Part shown: piece after piece, positions 9,844 through 21,334 of the stretch
How positions within the stretch are numbered: the first letter of the stretch is position 1
Layout of the letters: each line of letters opens with the position of its first letter
Position numbers and translations under genes: made by a program
NCBI GenBank assembly: GCA_963796965.1
Contig: CAWCNS010000005.1
Location: 608,001 to 672,000, forward strand
Length of the DNA stretch: 64,000 nucleotides
From: Calditrichia bacterium
GTDB lineage: Bacteria > Calditrichota > Calditrichia > JAJRVZ01
Reading direction: 5' to 3'
The notes under the pieces: model-generated
Seen by the model: the letters and a program-made list of their open reading frames with translations, nothing else
The model's database searches: none
What the model was told of the DNA's origin: nothing

Positions 9844-11025
9844 CTATAATTTATCCATCACATTGACAATAGTTTCATAGTTTTTTAAGGCCGTATTTGA
9901 AAGTTTACGACCATAAGGACAGGAGGAAGGCAGTAGAACAAAACCCTTCCCCTCACCTCCGGCGCCTTCCTCAATTGCCCTAACTACTTTCATTTCCATT
10001 TGGTTTGCCGGAAGATTCTCGATATCACTTGCTTCCAGGTTGCCAAACAAGACCAGATCCTGACCATAATTTTTTCTCACATAGGCTAACTCAACATCCC
10101 CCTGAGATGGTGGCTCAATGGGATCAAGCCCCATACAACCGGTGGAGACAATATCATCCAAAATATCTTTAAGATTCCCATGAGAATGAATACGAGCAAA
10201 TCCGCCATATTTATGTATGGATTCCACCATGGCTGTGTCATACTTTACCACATATTCCCGGAAAAGAATTGGAGGTAGATGGGGAGGACTGGCAAATTCA
10301 GGGCCATATATACGCCATAAACGTCCGGGAAGCAGTTGTGCGACTAATTCAGTTTTAGTCTGAAGAAAGGTTGAAAATCGATCGAGTAAACGGCGGAACA
10401 ATTCCGGCTCCATCATAGCGATCATGGTATATGTTCCCAGGTCAAATAGTTCAGCGGCGAGGCATAGCGGATCGGGCGTATCGATCATCACAATCCCTGA
10501 TTCGCCTAATGCTCTCTCTGCCACTAATACACAAGAGATATCTGGTTCACCACTATATTCAATTACAGGCAGTTCAAGAAGGGTCTTTAGATCATCAACA
10601 TTCTTTAATAAGGGTTCTACGATCCATACCGTATTGACATCCGGATCCTGCCTGGTAGTTGAGGTCAGTACTCTGTCCTTTACTCTAACGGTGTTGTGTA
10701 TAAGCCGGTGGCCATGCTTATCCAACCTGAATGTGCTTTCAGTAAATTCCGCCAAGGGATTAAAAGGGACTCCCACCATAGAAATATCATCTGAGGAGAA
10801 ATTCTCTCCAGCCGATTTTATTTGGGGTACCTGACGCTGGACTATGCGATCTGTCTTTTCGCGGGTTAGTTCAATTAATGGTAACCAGGATGGATCACTA
10901 TAAATATTAAAAGGATCTCTATCATCAGGATCTTCGTCCAGGCCATTAATTTCATAAAAACTGACCGGTGGCCTGTCGACAGCTTCCCCCCGGAGTGTTG
11001 CCATTATTCTCTCACGCCTTGTCAT
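9844..11025 (-). CDS. UroD/MtaA-like protein, paralog 3
   Basis: MTRRERIMATLRGEAVDRPPV N-terminus, IHSHGN, DPIEPP..GDV, LFGNLE, FVLLPSSCP; start overlaps the ROK stop (ATGA). Confidence 0.85.
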   Translation of the reverse strand: MTRRERIMATLRGEAVDRPPVSFYEINGLDEDPDDRDPFNIYSDPSWLPLIELTREKTDRIVQRQVPQIKSAGENFSSDDISMVGVPFNPLAEFTESTFRLDKHGHRLIHNTVRVKDRVLTSTTRQDPDVNTVWIVEPLLKNVDDLKTLLELPVIEYSGEPDISCVLVAERALGESGIVMIDTPDPLCLAAELFDLGTYTMIAMMEPELFRRLLDRFSTFLQTKTELVAQLLPGRLWRIYGPEFASPPHLPPILFREYVVKYDTAMVESIHKYGGFARIHSHGNLKDILDDIVSTGCMGLDPIEPPSQGDVELAYVRKNYGQDLVLFGNLEASDIENLPANQMEMKVVRAIEEGAGGEGKGFVLLPSSCPYGRKLSNTALKNYETIVNVMDKL

Positions 11026-12131
11026 AAGTCACCCATTTTTCTTAAGGCAATATTGTAAGCCCCTAAAGCAATAGCCTTGCTTGTCCCGATTTTAGAAACA
11101 CCTATACAAAGACGGCGTAGCGGATCATATGGTACCTGCCGCGTCGATCCAGGTACCGTAATCATTTTTTGTTCTCCGGCGATAAAGATTTTGCGCTCTT
11201 CTTCATCTTCAAGATTAAACACAACAGGTGAGAGACGACGATAGGTCTCCCCTGCATGATTTCTATACTTACTATTAATCTCTTCGATGGTTTTAGACAA
11301 AAACAGTGCATGAGCGCCGGCAATCCCTCCTCCGATAACGGCGATGCCATCTATAAGAGTCATAATATTAGCCAAGGCATCACCAAGAGCCACGGCCATT
11401 TGATGATAGGCTTGGATCGCAGCATTCTGATCTCCATCTCTCTTACCGATTCCGATTTCAAATATTTTTCTCGGAGAAGGTGCATCTTCGAATGAGATGT
11501 GCGCTTCTTGGGCGTAAACTCTTTTGATTCCCCGGATGCTGACACCCTCTTCAACATTCATATCACTATGAAATTTATGACTCATAACACCAACTTCTGC
11601 AGAACCTGAGTTATCCCCGACGAGCAATTTTCCATCGATCACAATCCCACCACCAAATCCTGTGCCAAGTGTCACACCAATCAAATTTTTATATTTTGAC
11701 TTGCTGCCAGCTTTCTCAAGCAATCCATTTACATGTGGTAAATATCCACTAATTGCTTCGCCATAAGCATACAGATCACCATCGTTGTTTATATATACCG
11801 GTAAGTTGAATGTATCTTCAAGCATGGGTCCAAGGGCTACCCCTCCACGGAATGCCTTAAGATTTTGTAAATCTCCTATAATTCCATTAGGATAATCTGC
11901 CACTCCAGGGAAAGCAAAACTGATGGCTACCGGATCCTCAGATAATTTCCTTTTTATCTCGCTAAATCCATCAACAATTCCCTTCAGAGATAAGGTCAGG
12001 TCATGCGCATTAGATGGTAAACTAACCCGTTCCACGATTTCTTCTCCACCCTGGATGGCTGAGAAAACAAAATTGGTGCCACCGGCATCCAGGGTCATTA
12101 CAACACGCTTATCTTCAAATATATTCATCAC
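11022..12131 (-). CDS. ROK family sugar kinase
   Basis: TLDAGGTN, FPGVADY, INNDGD, TLGTGFGGG, IGGGIA motifs. Confidence 0.85.
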   Translation of the reverse strand: MMNIFEDKRVVMTLDAGGTNFVFSAIQGGEEIVERVSLPSNAHDLTLSLKGIVDGFSEIKRKLSEDPVAISFAFPGVADYPNGIIGDLQNLKAFRGGVALGPMLEDTFNLPVYINNDGDLYAYGEAISGYLPHVNGLLEKAGSKSKYKNLIGVTLGTGFGGGIVIDGKLLVGDNSGSAEVGVMSHKFHSDMNVEEGVSIRGIKRVYAQEAHISFEDAPSPRKIFEIGIGKRDGDQNAAIQAYHQMAVALGDALANIMTLIDGIAVIGGGIAGAHALFLSKTIEEINSKYRNHAGETYRRLSPVVFNLEDEEERKIFIAGEQKMITVPGSTRQVPYDPLRRLCIGVSKIGTSKAIALGAYNIALRKMGDL

Positions 12132-12172
12132 ATTCCTTAGTCGTTTTTTTATACACTAATACGCTATAGATC

Positions 12173-12201
12173 GTAGAGACGGCCCGGCGGGACGTCTCTA
12201 C
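12173..12201. repeat. GTAG-type REP-like palindrome
   Basis: GTAGAGACG-gcccggcggga-CGTCTCTAC. Confidence 0.75.
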
Positions 12202-12262
12202 ATGGGCACATTGAAACCTATGATAGATCAATAATCAGTTATACCTTACAATCCCGATAATG

Positions 12263-14014
12263 TTATCCAGACCTGACATATGCCTTAATAGTAGCGCATT
12301 CCTTGCCTATGGAGACACCATGAGGACGGATAGTATAGGCCCCAACAATTGCCGGGATCACAAATGTTTCTGCATAATGCACCACAAAAGGTTTGAATGC
12401 ATCCTGCGGACTTTCAATAATTACTTCATCTCCTTCAACCAAGTTAAGAACATTCACCGTCCCCTGGGTATCATGTTTTACCGTATGCGTAAACCAGTGT
12501 CTGCGGGTTTCAATAAACTCCAGGTGATGGAGTCCGGTTTTTTCTTCCCACCAGCCCTCCCCCTCTGCAATTTTTTCAATCTGATTGATCAGATTTTCTT
12601 TAGTCCATGCGGGTACACGATCAAACTGAATGACTTTTTTGCCGTGATTGATGTGAACCGGACGTGGTTGACCATCTAACCCCAATCTACCCCAATCCCA
12701 TAATTTAAAAGTAAATATATAGGGGGTAGAACTTATCTCCAGCACCATTGAATTTTTCCCAGAACAATGAACAGTCCCTGCTGGGATGAGTACATGGTCA
12801 TGTTTTTTTACTGGCCACTTCATGACATAATCATCAGCCTTAAATGGCCCATCTTTTTCGTTTGCAGATTCTAAATCACGGGCCATCACCTCAGGATCAA
12901 CATTATCCCGTAATCCAAGATATACGTGGGCATCTGATTTTGCATCCATCATATAGTAACTTTCATCCTGCGTATAATGCCAGCCGAAAGTATTCTGAAT
13001 ATAATCGGTCAAAGGATGTACCTGGAGGCTAAGATTTCCCCCATCCATTGTATCCAAGAAATCAAATCGGATCGGAAATTCAGCACCAAAACGGGCAAAT
13101 ACTTCCTGCCCTAATAATTCTCTTGGCTGAGAGAAGACAAGATTAATAGCCGGTATTTCAAATAAGGTCCCGCCAAAATTTAATAACAGACTATTTTCCT
13201 CAGGGACACAATTAAAACACCAGGCATAATTTTGAGCCTGCCCGTCAAGATTACAGACCTCCTTCATCCATTGACCACCCCAGGGGCCAGGATCAAAAAA
13301 AGGCATTAATTCAAAGGGTTGTTTTACTGTTATTTTGAGACCATCGCGCATCGCCTTTCCGGAGACCATTTTTGGAAGATTTCTATCAGTAGTATCCAGA
13401 ACATAATCCCAGCGATCGATTAGTTGGCGTTTTAAACGATCACAGACCCGCCAATCGACAAAAAAGGCCCACTTATATTTTAAGGATGGCTTTTCTGTTT
13501 TATTTTTAACGCCAAGATTCGAGATTTCATTTCGCCTCTGACGCTGCTGAATCTCCCATCGGGCTATATCTGCATAGATAAGTATATCAGGTTCGGCAAG
13601 ACATACCGCACCTGTACCGACAATCAATACTGATCCGGAGGTAATGGAAGCCACTTCGTTTTTTATCTTATCAAGGTGGATCGGATCAAAATAATTCTCT
13701 ATGCTCAAATAACTGAGCACACCAAAAACCGGATCATCACCAAGATCTCTTTTTACCATCTCCCGAATGAGGTTTTCTTCTTTATAAAAGTCAGAACTTA
13801 AATACACGTGATCAAATTCAAGCCCCTCCCTTAAAGCAGGACCTATTTCCTGTTCTGATGCACCGGGATATACTTCCACAGTAACAATCTTCTTATCCTC
13901 ATTACTTTGAAGAAGAGCCGATTTAAGTTCTGCTATAATCGATTCCCAACCCGCGTGACAAAGATGTCCGGGCACGTCGACGGAAGGATATTTATTGAAG
14001 TTTGATTTGGTCAT
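12263..14014 (-). CDS. Long-form class I mannose-6-phosphate isomerase-like cupin protein
   Basis: PWGGQW, LSLQVHP, QDESYY, IPAGTVH, LEISST in the C-terminal cupin domain, plus an extra N-terminal domain. Confidence 0.8.
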   Translation of the reverse strand: MTKSNFNKYPSVDVPGHLCHAGWESIIAELKSALLQSNEDKKIVTVEVYPGASEQEIGPALREGLEFDHVYLSSDFYKEENLIREMVKRDLGDDPVFGVLSYLSIENYFDPIHLDKIKNEVASITSGSVLIVGTGAVCLAEPDILIYADIARWEIQQRQRRNEISNLGVKNKTEKPSLKYKWAFFVDWRVCDRLKRQLIDRWDYVLDTTDRNLPKMVSGKAMRDGLKITVKQPFELMPFFDPGPWGGQWMKEVCNLDGQAQNYAWCFNCVPEENSLLLNFGGTLFEIPAINLVFSQPRELLGQEVFARFGAEFPIRFDFLDTMDGGNLSLQVHPLTDYIQNTFGWHYTQDESYYMMDAKSDAHVYLGLRDNVDPEVMARDLESANEKDGPFKADDYVMKWPVKKHDHVLIPAGTVHCSGKNSMVLEISSTPYIFTFKLWDWGRLGLDGQPRPVHINHGKKVIQFDRVPAWTKENLINQIEKIAEGEGWWEEKTGLHHLEFIETRRHWFTHTVKHDTQGTVNVLNLVEGDEVIIESPQDAFKPFVVHYAETFVIPAIVGAYTIRPHGVSIGKECATIKAYVRSG

Positions 14015-14179
14015 CGTATTATCAGTTGTATTTTATCCACGAATCCCACTAATTATTTCGAATTTCACGAATTTATTTTTGTGCTTTCTGATTTCTTGAA
14101 AAGGTAATCGACTCTCCACACCCATTGCTCCACGCTTTACACTCTACGCTTTTCTATTTTACCTTTTTCCCTGTTTTTC

Positions 14180-15761
14180 TCAATGAATTTCTATATTGGT
14201 AATCCGCACAGGTTCAAAATATATACCAAACGAATTGAGAGTTGGGCTCACGCGTGAATCTTTAATGCGAATCCGAATTTGATCCGATTCAATCGTAGGT
14301 ATTCTGCAAATTCTTTTATAACCGATTGTGGTCGCCTCTACCACTTGTTGCCATTGTCCCTTTTGCATAACATCCACCGCAAACATAGAGATGCGTTGTG
14401 AAAAATCACGTATGTGCTCCTGAAGAACGAGTCGGTTAAACTGTTTTTTCTCAGAAAGTTTTATAATTAATTCCGCCTGCCGGGTCCAATCCGGGGGCAT
14501 CCAACAGGTGGAGGGATCACCATCCAGGACATTTCTGGCCGCATACGCCTCTCCGCGTGTTGATGAAGTCTGTAATCCCTGCCCCTTCAGCAAGATTTTT
14601 CCGAAATGTCTTATCGATTATATCGCCTATTTCCCTCAGGACTTTTACATCCCGATCTGAAAACAGCCCATACCTGTTGGGGGGAATGTTCAACAAAAAA
14701 ACAGTATTTCCGCCTACGGAGCGATACCAGACATCAAGAATCTCTTCTGTTGTTTTAACGTACTGGCTCTCATCACGCCAGAACCAACCATGCCGAATGG
14801 ATGTATTTGTTTCTGCAGGGTACCAGTGTAAGAAGCCACCCTCAGAAAGCCTTTCCCTTATTTTTTCCATGGAACCTAAATCCTGATCCATCATATCCGG
14901 CCAAACCCGATTATCACGATCTCCCCCAACAGGTATGACAGACCACTCAGAATCTCTTGTTTTTCCGCCCTCATTACCACACCACCGCACATCAGGCCCC
15001 GCTATGGCTATGACAGCCTCCGGGGCAAGATTCCGAATGAGCTCATACCACTGATCATCGGTATATGTCTGCCCGCCTTTTCGTTTGGGATGGGCACCAT
15101 CAAACCATACTTCATAAACAGGACCATATTCAGTAAGAAGTTCAAAAAGCTGATTCATAAAATATTCATTATAATCATCAACCAGATATTTAAAACTGCG
15201 TTTATCCTTAAAAGGCCTGTCTTCAACAGGCCGGGGGATAATTCTCTCAGAATATTCACTACCATTTCCATACAATCCCTCAGGACTCTCTATTTGGTAT
15301 AAATCAGCAGGTGATAAGTAGATTCCTAATTTAATATCGTATTTTTCCAAAGATTCAACGAGATCCTTTAATACATCACCTTTACCATTCCGCCAGGTAC
15401 TTGACGCAACTGAATGGGAGGTATAACGTGTTTGCCAGAGACAAAACCCATCATGGTGTTTTATACTAATAACAGCCATTTTCATTCCTGCTGCTCTCAT
15501 TGCTTCGCACCATTGGTCCGTATTAAGACTCTTAGGATCAAAGATTTTGGGATCTTCAAATCCATTACCCCATTCCCGGGCTGTAAAGGTGTTTACGCCA
15601 AAATGGATAAAAGCGGTAAATTCCATCTCTTGAAAAACCATCTGTCGTGGATGTGGTTTGCAGGCGACAGATTGAAGCATGGCTTCTCTGTCGTCTAATA
15701 CAGGACCCGATTTGGGCATCAACAAAATCCAAGATGTTAAAACAAGAGCAAATAATTTCAT
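14180..15761 (-). CDS. GH29 alpha-L-fucosidase (1,3/1,4-type) with F5/8 type C domain (frameshift near 14575)
   Basis: FIHFGVNTF, KHHDGFCLW, WFDGA, VRWCGNE, SIRHGWFW; discoidin-like tail in the second frame; signal peptide. Confidence 0.85.
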
Positions 15762-15844
15762 TTAAGCTATCCTGATGTGATGTTTTAATAATAAATAAAG
15801 AGAAAACTGCCGCTGACTAACACCGACTTCTCCAGATCATCTGC

Positions 15845-17264
15845 CTAAAAAGGTAAGTTCAATGTATCTCCCACATCCCCCTGAAGGCTCTTCAATTCTT
15901 TCTTAAGATCATCAATAATCATCTTATTCTCTGCATTATCAGCAATATTTTCCATTTCATACGGATCTACTTCTAAATTGAACAATAAAAATTTCTCTGC
16001 CTTAGGATAAAATATTAATTTATAATTATCTTTGCGGACCATTCTCTGCAAATACCTGTATCCACCATAAATGGCCCTATGACTTTGAATTTGATCACCA
16101 TACAATAAAGGGATGATACTTTTGAATTGTATGTGTTCAGGGATTTTAGCACCTGCCAATTCCATTGTGCTGGGCATAATGTCCTGCAGATAAACGGGTG
16201 TATCGATTCGCTTTCCCTTTGAAATGCCAGGTCCACATACGAGAAACGGAACCCTGACACTATGATCGAACATATTTTGTTTTCCTATCAACCCGTGCTT
16301 CCCAACCGCGAGACCATGATCTGCTGTAAAAAGTATATAGGTATTTTCAACTTTACCAGACTCTTTCAGAGCATCAAGGATCCGGCCAATCTGGTCATCC
16401 ATATGGGTGATAATGGCAAAATATTCCTGCCGATTCACCTTGACAGCATATTCTGTTCTCGGAAACGGTGCCAATCGTTCATCTCTGAGACTTCTTCCGG
16501 ATCCCATAGCTTCGTTGTAAGGATATTCGGGTAAAAAGTTTTCTGGTAATTTCACCTTTTCCAGGGGATATTTTTCTACGTATTGACGAGGAGATTGACG
16601 CGGATCATGGGGCGCGTTAAATGCCAGGTACATAAAAAAGGGATTATCAATCTGCGCGGCTTGTTTTAGGAAATCGATACCATCATCGGCCAATACTTCG
16701 CTCCAATGTTTACCACCTTTCCAGTATCCCTCAAATTTAGGATCCCAGGGACGCCATACATCTGGTTGACCCTCTATGGGACGGTTATATCCTTCTGGTG
16801 TCTGATTGGGCATACCCGGACGAATATGCCGGCTTGTATTAAAAATCACTAGCCACATCAACTTTTACATGCCATTTTCCCGAGAAATACGTATCATAAC
16901 CAGCCTTTTCCAGTTGCTGCGACCAAAATTGTCCTGATTCGGCTATTTGGACTAAATTTGGCTCTATTTCTTTGGCATGCCATAAAAAACGACCGGTGTT
17001 GAGCATAGTCCTGCTGGCCACACAAACAGCCCCATGCCACGCTCCCATGTTAAACGCCTCAGAGAACATGACACCATTTTCTGCCAAACGATCCAAATTT
17101 GGCGTTTGGACTTCGCTACCTAATACACCAAGCGCTTCATAGCAGTGATCATCGGCAAAGATAAACAGAATATTCGGTTTCTCCGGCCTGCTCTGCTGAG
17201 AACATCCAATTACTATGGCGAGAAGTGAAACTATAATGAGGATTACTATTCTTTTATTCACCAC
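15845..17264 (-). CDS. Cys-type sulfatase, lipoprotein (frameshift near 16850)
   Basis: PNILFIFADD, CVASR, GKWH, APHDP, ADHG, GKQN. Confidence 0.85.
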
Positions 17265-17290
17265 TATACTCCTTGCATTATTGATGAAAT

Positions 17291-17450
17291 AGGTAATTAG
17301 TAATTTGGAATTAATAATTTCATATTTCCTCTGCTAATCCTTACCGATCTATCTCAGGAAAGTTGTCCGCAGCACAATTCCCTAACCGCAATACAATTTG
17401 CCCTTTTTCCTTTTTCCTTTTTCCTTTTTCCTAATTACCATATTACCTTA
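17291..17450. repeat. Heptamer tandem arrays with inverted ends
   Basis: AGGTAATTAGTAATT... on the left; (TTTTTCC)x4 then TAATTACC/ATATTACC on the right. Confidence 0.65.
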
Positions 17451-19883
17451 TTACTTTTTAACTTTCAAATGCTCTGCCGGACCCGTAATTCTCACTTCTA
17501 ATTTTATATGAGGTTCTTTACCCCCATAAAAACCGCAATCAAAGGTCATCGTATGGTCTCCTTTTCCAACAGCGAGGTCACTGGTTTTTAGCTGGATTTG
17601 GCGAATTTTTTTCCAGTTTTTATTATAGATAACAGCAAATTCCCCACCCTCATATTTTAATGTCTGACCCTGTTTCAAAGTCACCGGAAGTTTTATCTTT
17701 TTATAGTTATCAATTTCCATAACGATATCTTTGGCATTACCATCAGCAGCTGTAAGAATAAAACTGAGTGGTTGCTTATCCACTTCGTTTTTAAAATTGA
17801 ATTTAGAGTAGAGTGGTTCTCCCGGTTGTCTCACTTTCTTTTCGTGTTTGAATTTATAGGAGTAGATGCGAAAAAGATTCCATTCATTTTCAGCCACAGT
17901 TTTCAACCTGAATTCATTATCCAGATCCTTCATCAATTCTTTTTGCTCCATTGAAAAGACATCAGCCATCCTTGCCTTTTCCCACTCTCCGAGTAAATGA
18001 AGGATATGATCTGATTGTCCATTCTCATCTACAGCCTGATAACCCGTAACAAAGGCATATCCCGCATTGAAGGCGGCTGAACGGGTCAGCATCCATTCAA
18101 TATCTTCAACACTGGTTTCTGAGGTCATTTTAAACCAGCCCAACATGGCAGGCATGAAATTCCGTTTAAAATAGGGTTGATTTTTCATCCTATATTCGGT
18201 CTGACTCTCCCTGAAACCGGCATACCAGGGTTCCCCCCAGTTCATGCGTGTATACATATGCCAAAAATAATGTGACGTTCTGCTGGCATCAGCGATATAA
18301 TGATCTTTTATTTTTTTATCTAAATTATCGTACCATGTCTGAGCGAATAAAATCTCCCCATAATTTCCCAATGCAGTGGATCTGCATCCTTCCAAGCCAT
18401 CAAAAGAAATCTGCCGTAATCCTGTTTCGTTATACAATTCAGCAATATTCTTAGACATCTCCACGGTTAATTCCGGATCAGTCAGGAAAACCTTATAGGC
18501 ATGATCCGCTAATTTGCCAATTACTTCACCCTTCTTATGATTGGCCTTTTCAGTACCAAACGCCCCTCGCTGACAATCCAAAAGCTTCCACGGTGCACGC
18601 TCAGAAACCTCTCCATAGCGAATCAACTCATTTTCCACAACAACTGTTTTTAAATGATTGTTCTTAAACTGATTGAAAAAATCCGGTGATTCTAATGGTA
18701 TCTCCGTTTGTGACTTAGAGATATCCCCGGTCAGGATACTGGTACCGACCCTGGCCAATCTTTTGTCCGGAATTGGCGATACATAGGGATCGTTTGGTGT
18801 TATAAAATTTGAGAGCGTATGAACCCCGAGCATAATTCCCTGCTTTTCCGCTGTCTCTACACATTTTTTCATTCCCGCCCAGCCATTTGGGAATTGTCCA
18901 TGCAAATCAAAATGTCCCCAGTTTTTAAAAGGTCCGGGATGATACAGATATCTTAATCCTGCTTTTTTGGTTATATCTATGGATCGTTGAATATCCTTTT
19001 CTCCAAAACCCATTATCAGATAGGCTGCTGACGCTGACCGTGCTGTTTTACCCCATTCTCCATCAATCATGGGATGGGGCAATCCTTCAGCAACCTCAAT
19101 TTCACCGATCGTTTCCAGGGCCTTATCAACCGGGCAACCGAACAAAGCAATCTTGGATCCAACAACCCCACCATCTTTTAAAACCAGTGCGGTGTATCTT
19201 TCATGTCCCCAGTTTTCAATAATTCGCTCTTTATTTCTGTTGCGTGTATAAGCCTGTAACGTGCTTCCAAAATCTGCCGGCTTCGCTGCTTCGACACGGT
19301 AGAGTACATATCTTTTTCCTTCTTCCTTCATATCAGAGAGATCTTTCTGATCAAAGATATCAATCTGGGGCATACAATCATTCTCTAGCCAGGGATAGCC
19401 CCCTAAAGTTTTTGGATTCAGGGCCTGTATGCCCAGTGCATAGGATTCACCACGCACCACCCCTACCGTTTCCCCAATAATTTTATTGATGATCGTCGGA
19501 TATGGACCCCAAATGATTAACTCAACATTTTCCATATCCGAGACTGACAACAATTCAAAACTTATATAGGGATCTTTTTCATTAACTTTTATTTCTGCCT
19601 TAAGATTACCTGCATAGGTAAGCAAAAGCAGTTTTTTTTCTTTTTCAAATTTTGCAGACTCCGGAACTAAGATGTTATTATTTACTCTTACAGACATAAT
19701 AACACTGAGAGAATCTTCCGACAAATAGTTCACACCATTGTCTTTATCCGCAATTTGAACGACCTCCCCTTTATCATTGATGGCAAATTTTAACGATTTT
19801 GATTCAAAAGCAATATCTACAGAAAACATAGAACAAGCGTAGATAAACATTATTGGTAATATCAGGGGAAACAATTTCTTCAT
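17451..19883 (-). CDS. Secreted/lipoprotein of unknown function, possible TIM-barrel glycoside hydrolase
   Basis: Uninterrupted 810 aa ORF; signal MKKLF...IYAC; GVHTLSNFI and QISFDGLEG motifs. Confidence 0.6.
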   Translation of the reverse strand: MKKLFPLILPIMFIYACSMFSVDIAFESKSLKFAINDKGEVVQIADKDNGVNYLSEDSLSVIMSVRVNNNILVPESAKFEKEKKLLLLTYAGNLKAEIKVNEKDPYISFELLSVSDMENVELIIWGPYPTIINKIIGETVGVVRGESYALGIQALNPKTLGGYPWLENDCMPQIDIFDQKDLSDMKEEGKRYVLYRVEAAKPADFGSTLQAYTRNRNKERIIENWGHERYTALVLKDGGVVGSKIALFGCPVDKALETIGEIEVAEGLPHPMIDGEWGKTARSASAAYLIMGFGEKDIQRSIDITKKAGLRYLYHPGPFKNWGHFDLHGQFPNGWAGMKKCVETAEKQGIMLGVHTLSNFITPNDPYVSPIPDKRLARVGTSILTGDISKSQTEIPLESPDFFNQFKNNHLKTVVVENELIRYGEVSERAPWKLLDCQRGAFGTEKANHKKGEVIGKLADHAYKVFLTDPELTVEMSKNIAELYNETGLRQISFDGLEGCRSTALGNYGEILFAQTWYDNLDKKIKDHYIADASRTSHYFWHMYTRMNWGEPWYAGFRESQTEYRMKNQPYFKRNFMPAMLGWFKMTSETSVEDIEWMLTRSAAFNAGYAFVTGYQAVDENGQSDHILHLLGEWEKARMADVFSMEQKELMKDLDNEFRLKTVAENEWNLFRIYSYKFKHEKKVRQPGEPLYSKFNFKNEVDKQPLSFILTAADGNAKDIVMEIDNYKKIKLPVTLKQGQTLKYEGGEFAVIYNKNWKKIRQIQLKTSDLAVGKGDHTMTFDCGFYGGKEPHIKLEVRITGPAEHLKVKK

Positions 19884-19916
19884 GATTTATCATCCTTTCA
19901 TTTGTCTTTTTTTATT

Positions 19917-20255
19917 CACGCAGCGACGCAACGCCGCAACGAATTATATCCACGGATTATCACAAATTTTGACCAATTTCACGAGTTTCTAATTATCTTG
20001 GCCCTGTCATTCTGTCCCGGAATGGGATGACATGTGATTTATACATTATTGCGCTTAGTGCCTTTTCCCGACTAAAGTCGGGATGGAAGATTTCATCCCG
20101 ACATAGGTACAGAATGTAGATATTTATATCGGGACTTTGTGATATTTGTGGTCTAATTTTTGGTAGACACGTGGGTCTGCCCCTTGATTATTGATTATTC
20201 TGTGTTGAATATTGAATATTTCTTTTATTTCCATGCGGCTTTGCGGCTCTGCGAG
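19917..20255. repeat. Composite nested intergenic repeat mosaic
   Basis: Octamer inverted arms enclose nonamer arrays, a GTCA..TGAC hairpin (20006-20031), TCCCGAC..GTCGGGA (20066-20083), a REP-like GGTAGACACGTGGGTCTGCC and heptamers. Confidence 0.8.
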
Positions 20256-20281
20256 GGAATAAAATCTATTATAAAGTGCAA

Positions 20282-21247
20282 TCATTCCGGATAATTCCCT
20301 TCTTTTCGCCATACATCTAATATCAAATCATATCGTTCTAAAGGCATGCCCGTATAAACACAATTGCTTGTTGAGAATACAAATCCCCCACCAGGCATAC
20401 CATGCTTGAGGGCATAACGGGCCGATTCGATGACTTCTTCTTCTGTACCGGTATCCATTAACCCACAGTTTACGTTGCCTATCAAACAAATTTCATTCCC
20501 TACCATTCGTTTAACTTCCGCAATGTCCACACCACCCTGTGGATCCAGGCTATGTATGGCATGGGGTTTTGCGGCAACTATTCTATCGAGAATGGGCATG
20601 ATATTGCCATCGGAATGTTTTATCACATAGAATCCCAGCTCTCTATACCCAGAAATCAACTGGACAAGATATGGCTGAACAAATTCATCAAACATTTCAG
20701 GAGAGAGGAATGGTCCTGTATTCAGACAGTAATCACTACATAAAGCAAAACAGTCCAGGGCCCCATGCTTTTTAAAAATCACCGCTTTTTCAAGGACACC
20801 ATCAATTAACTCCTGGGCTTCATCTTTTAATTCTTGGGGTTTTTCAGTCATTTTTGTGATAAATTCCATCATGTCATCACCCTCGGGAACAGGCCAGGTA
20901 CGATCACCATGGATCATCAGACAGTACTGATCATCAGCCTCACGAAGCAGATCGAGTATTTTTAAGGTATCCTCATTTATTTTTTCCTCCCAGATATCAG
21001 CACATTGATAAAAAATCGCAGAATGTTCATATTTACGGGCAGTTTTTAGATACGTATTTGCAATATCTCTGCGGTGTAAGTCTTTTTCAGTTTCTGACAT
21101 TTGCCCCCATTGATCAAATTTACGATGGGTCGGATGAATAAGACCAAAGGCTTCCATGGTCAGGAAGAACACTAGTTCAAAATGGGGCACCCTCCCTGGA
21201 GGTTGTTTACCTTCCAAAGCTAAAATAAATCTATCTTTTGGCTGCAT
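20282..21247 (-). CDS. UroD/MtaA-like protein, paralog 4
   Basis: MQPKDRFILALEG, SDY...GPFLSP, IKHSDGN, LDPQGGVD, GNVNC, GFVFSTSNC; AAGGA RBS before ATG 21247. Confidence 0.85.
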   Translation of the reverse strand: MQPKDRFILALEGKQPPGRVPHFELVFFLTMEAFGLIHPTHRKFDQWGQMSETEKDLHRRDIANTYLKTARKYEHSAIFYQCADIWEEKINEDTLKILDLLREADDQYCLMIHGDRTWPVPEGDDMMEFITKMTEKPQELKDEAQELIDGVLEKAVIFKKHGALDCFALCSDYCLNTGPFLSPEMFDEFVQPYLVQLISGYRELGFYVIKHSDGNIMPILDRIVAAKPHAIHSLDPQGGVDIAEVKRMVGNEICLIGNVNCGLMDTGTEEEVIESARYALKHGMPGGGFVFSTSNCVYTGMPLERYDLILDVWRKEGNYPE

Positions 21248-21334
21248 GTATACAGTCCTTTTCACATTAATGTTTAATCAATCTATATTGAGAGATATTT
21301 CGAAACAGCACTTAATCATTAATTTTTTTCAAAA

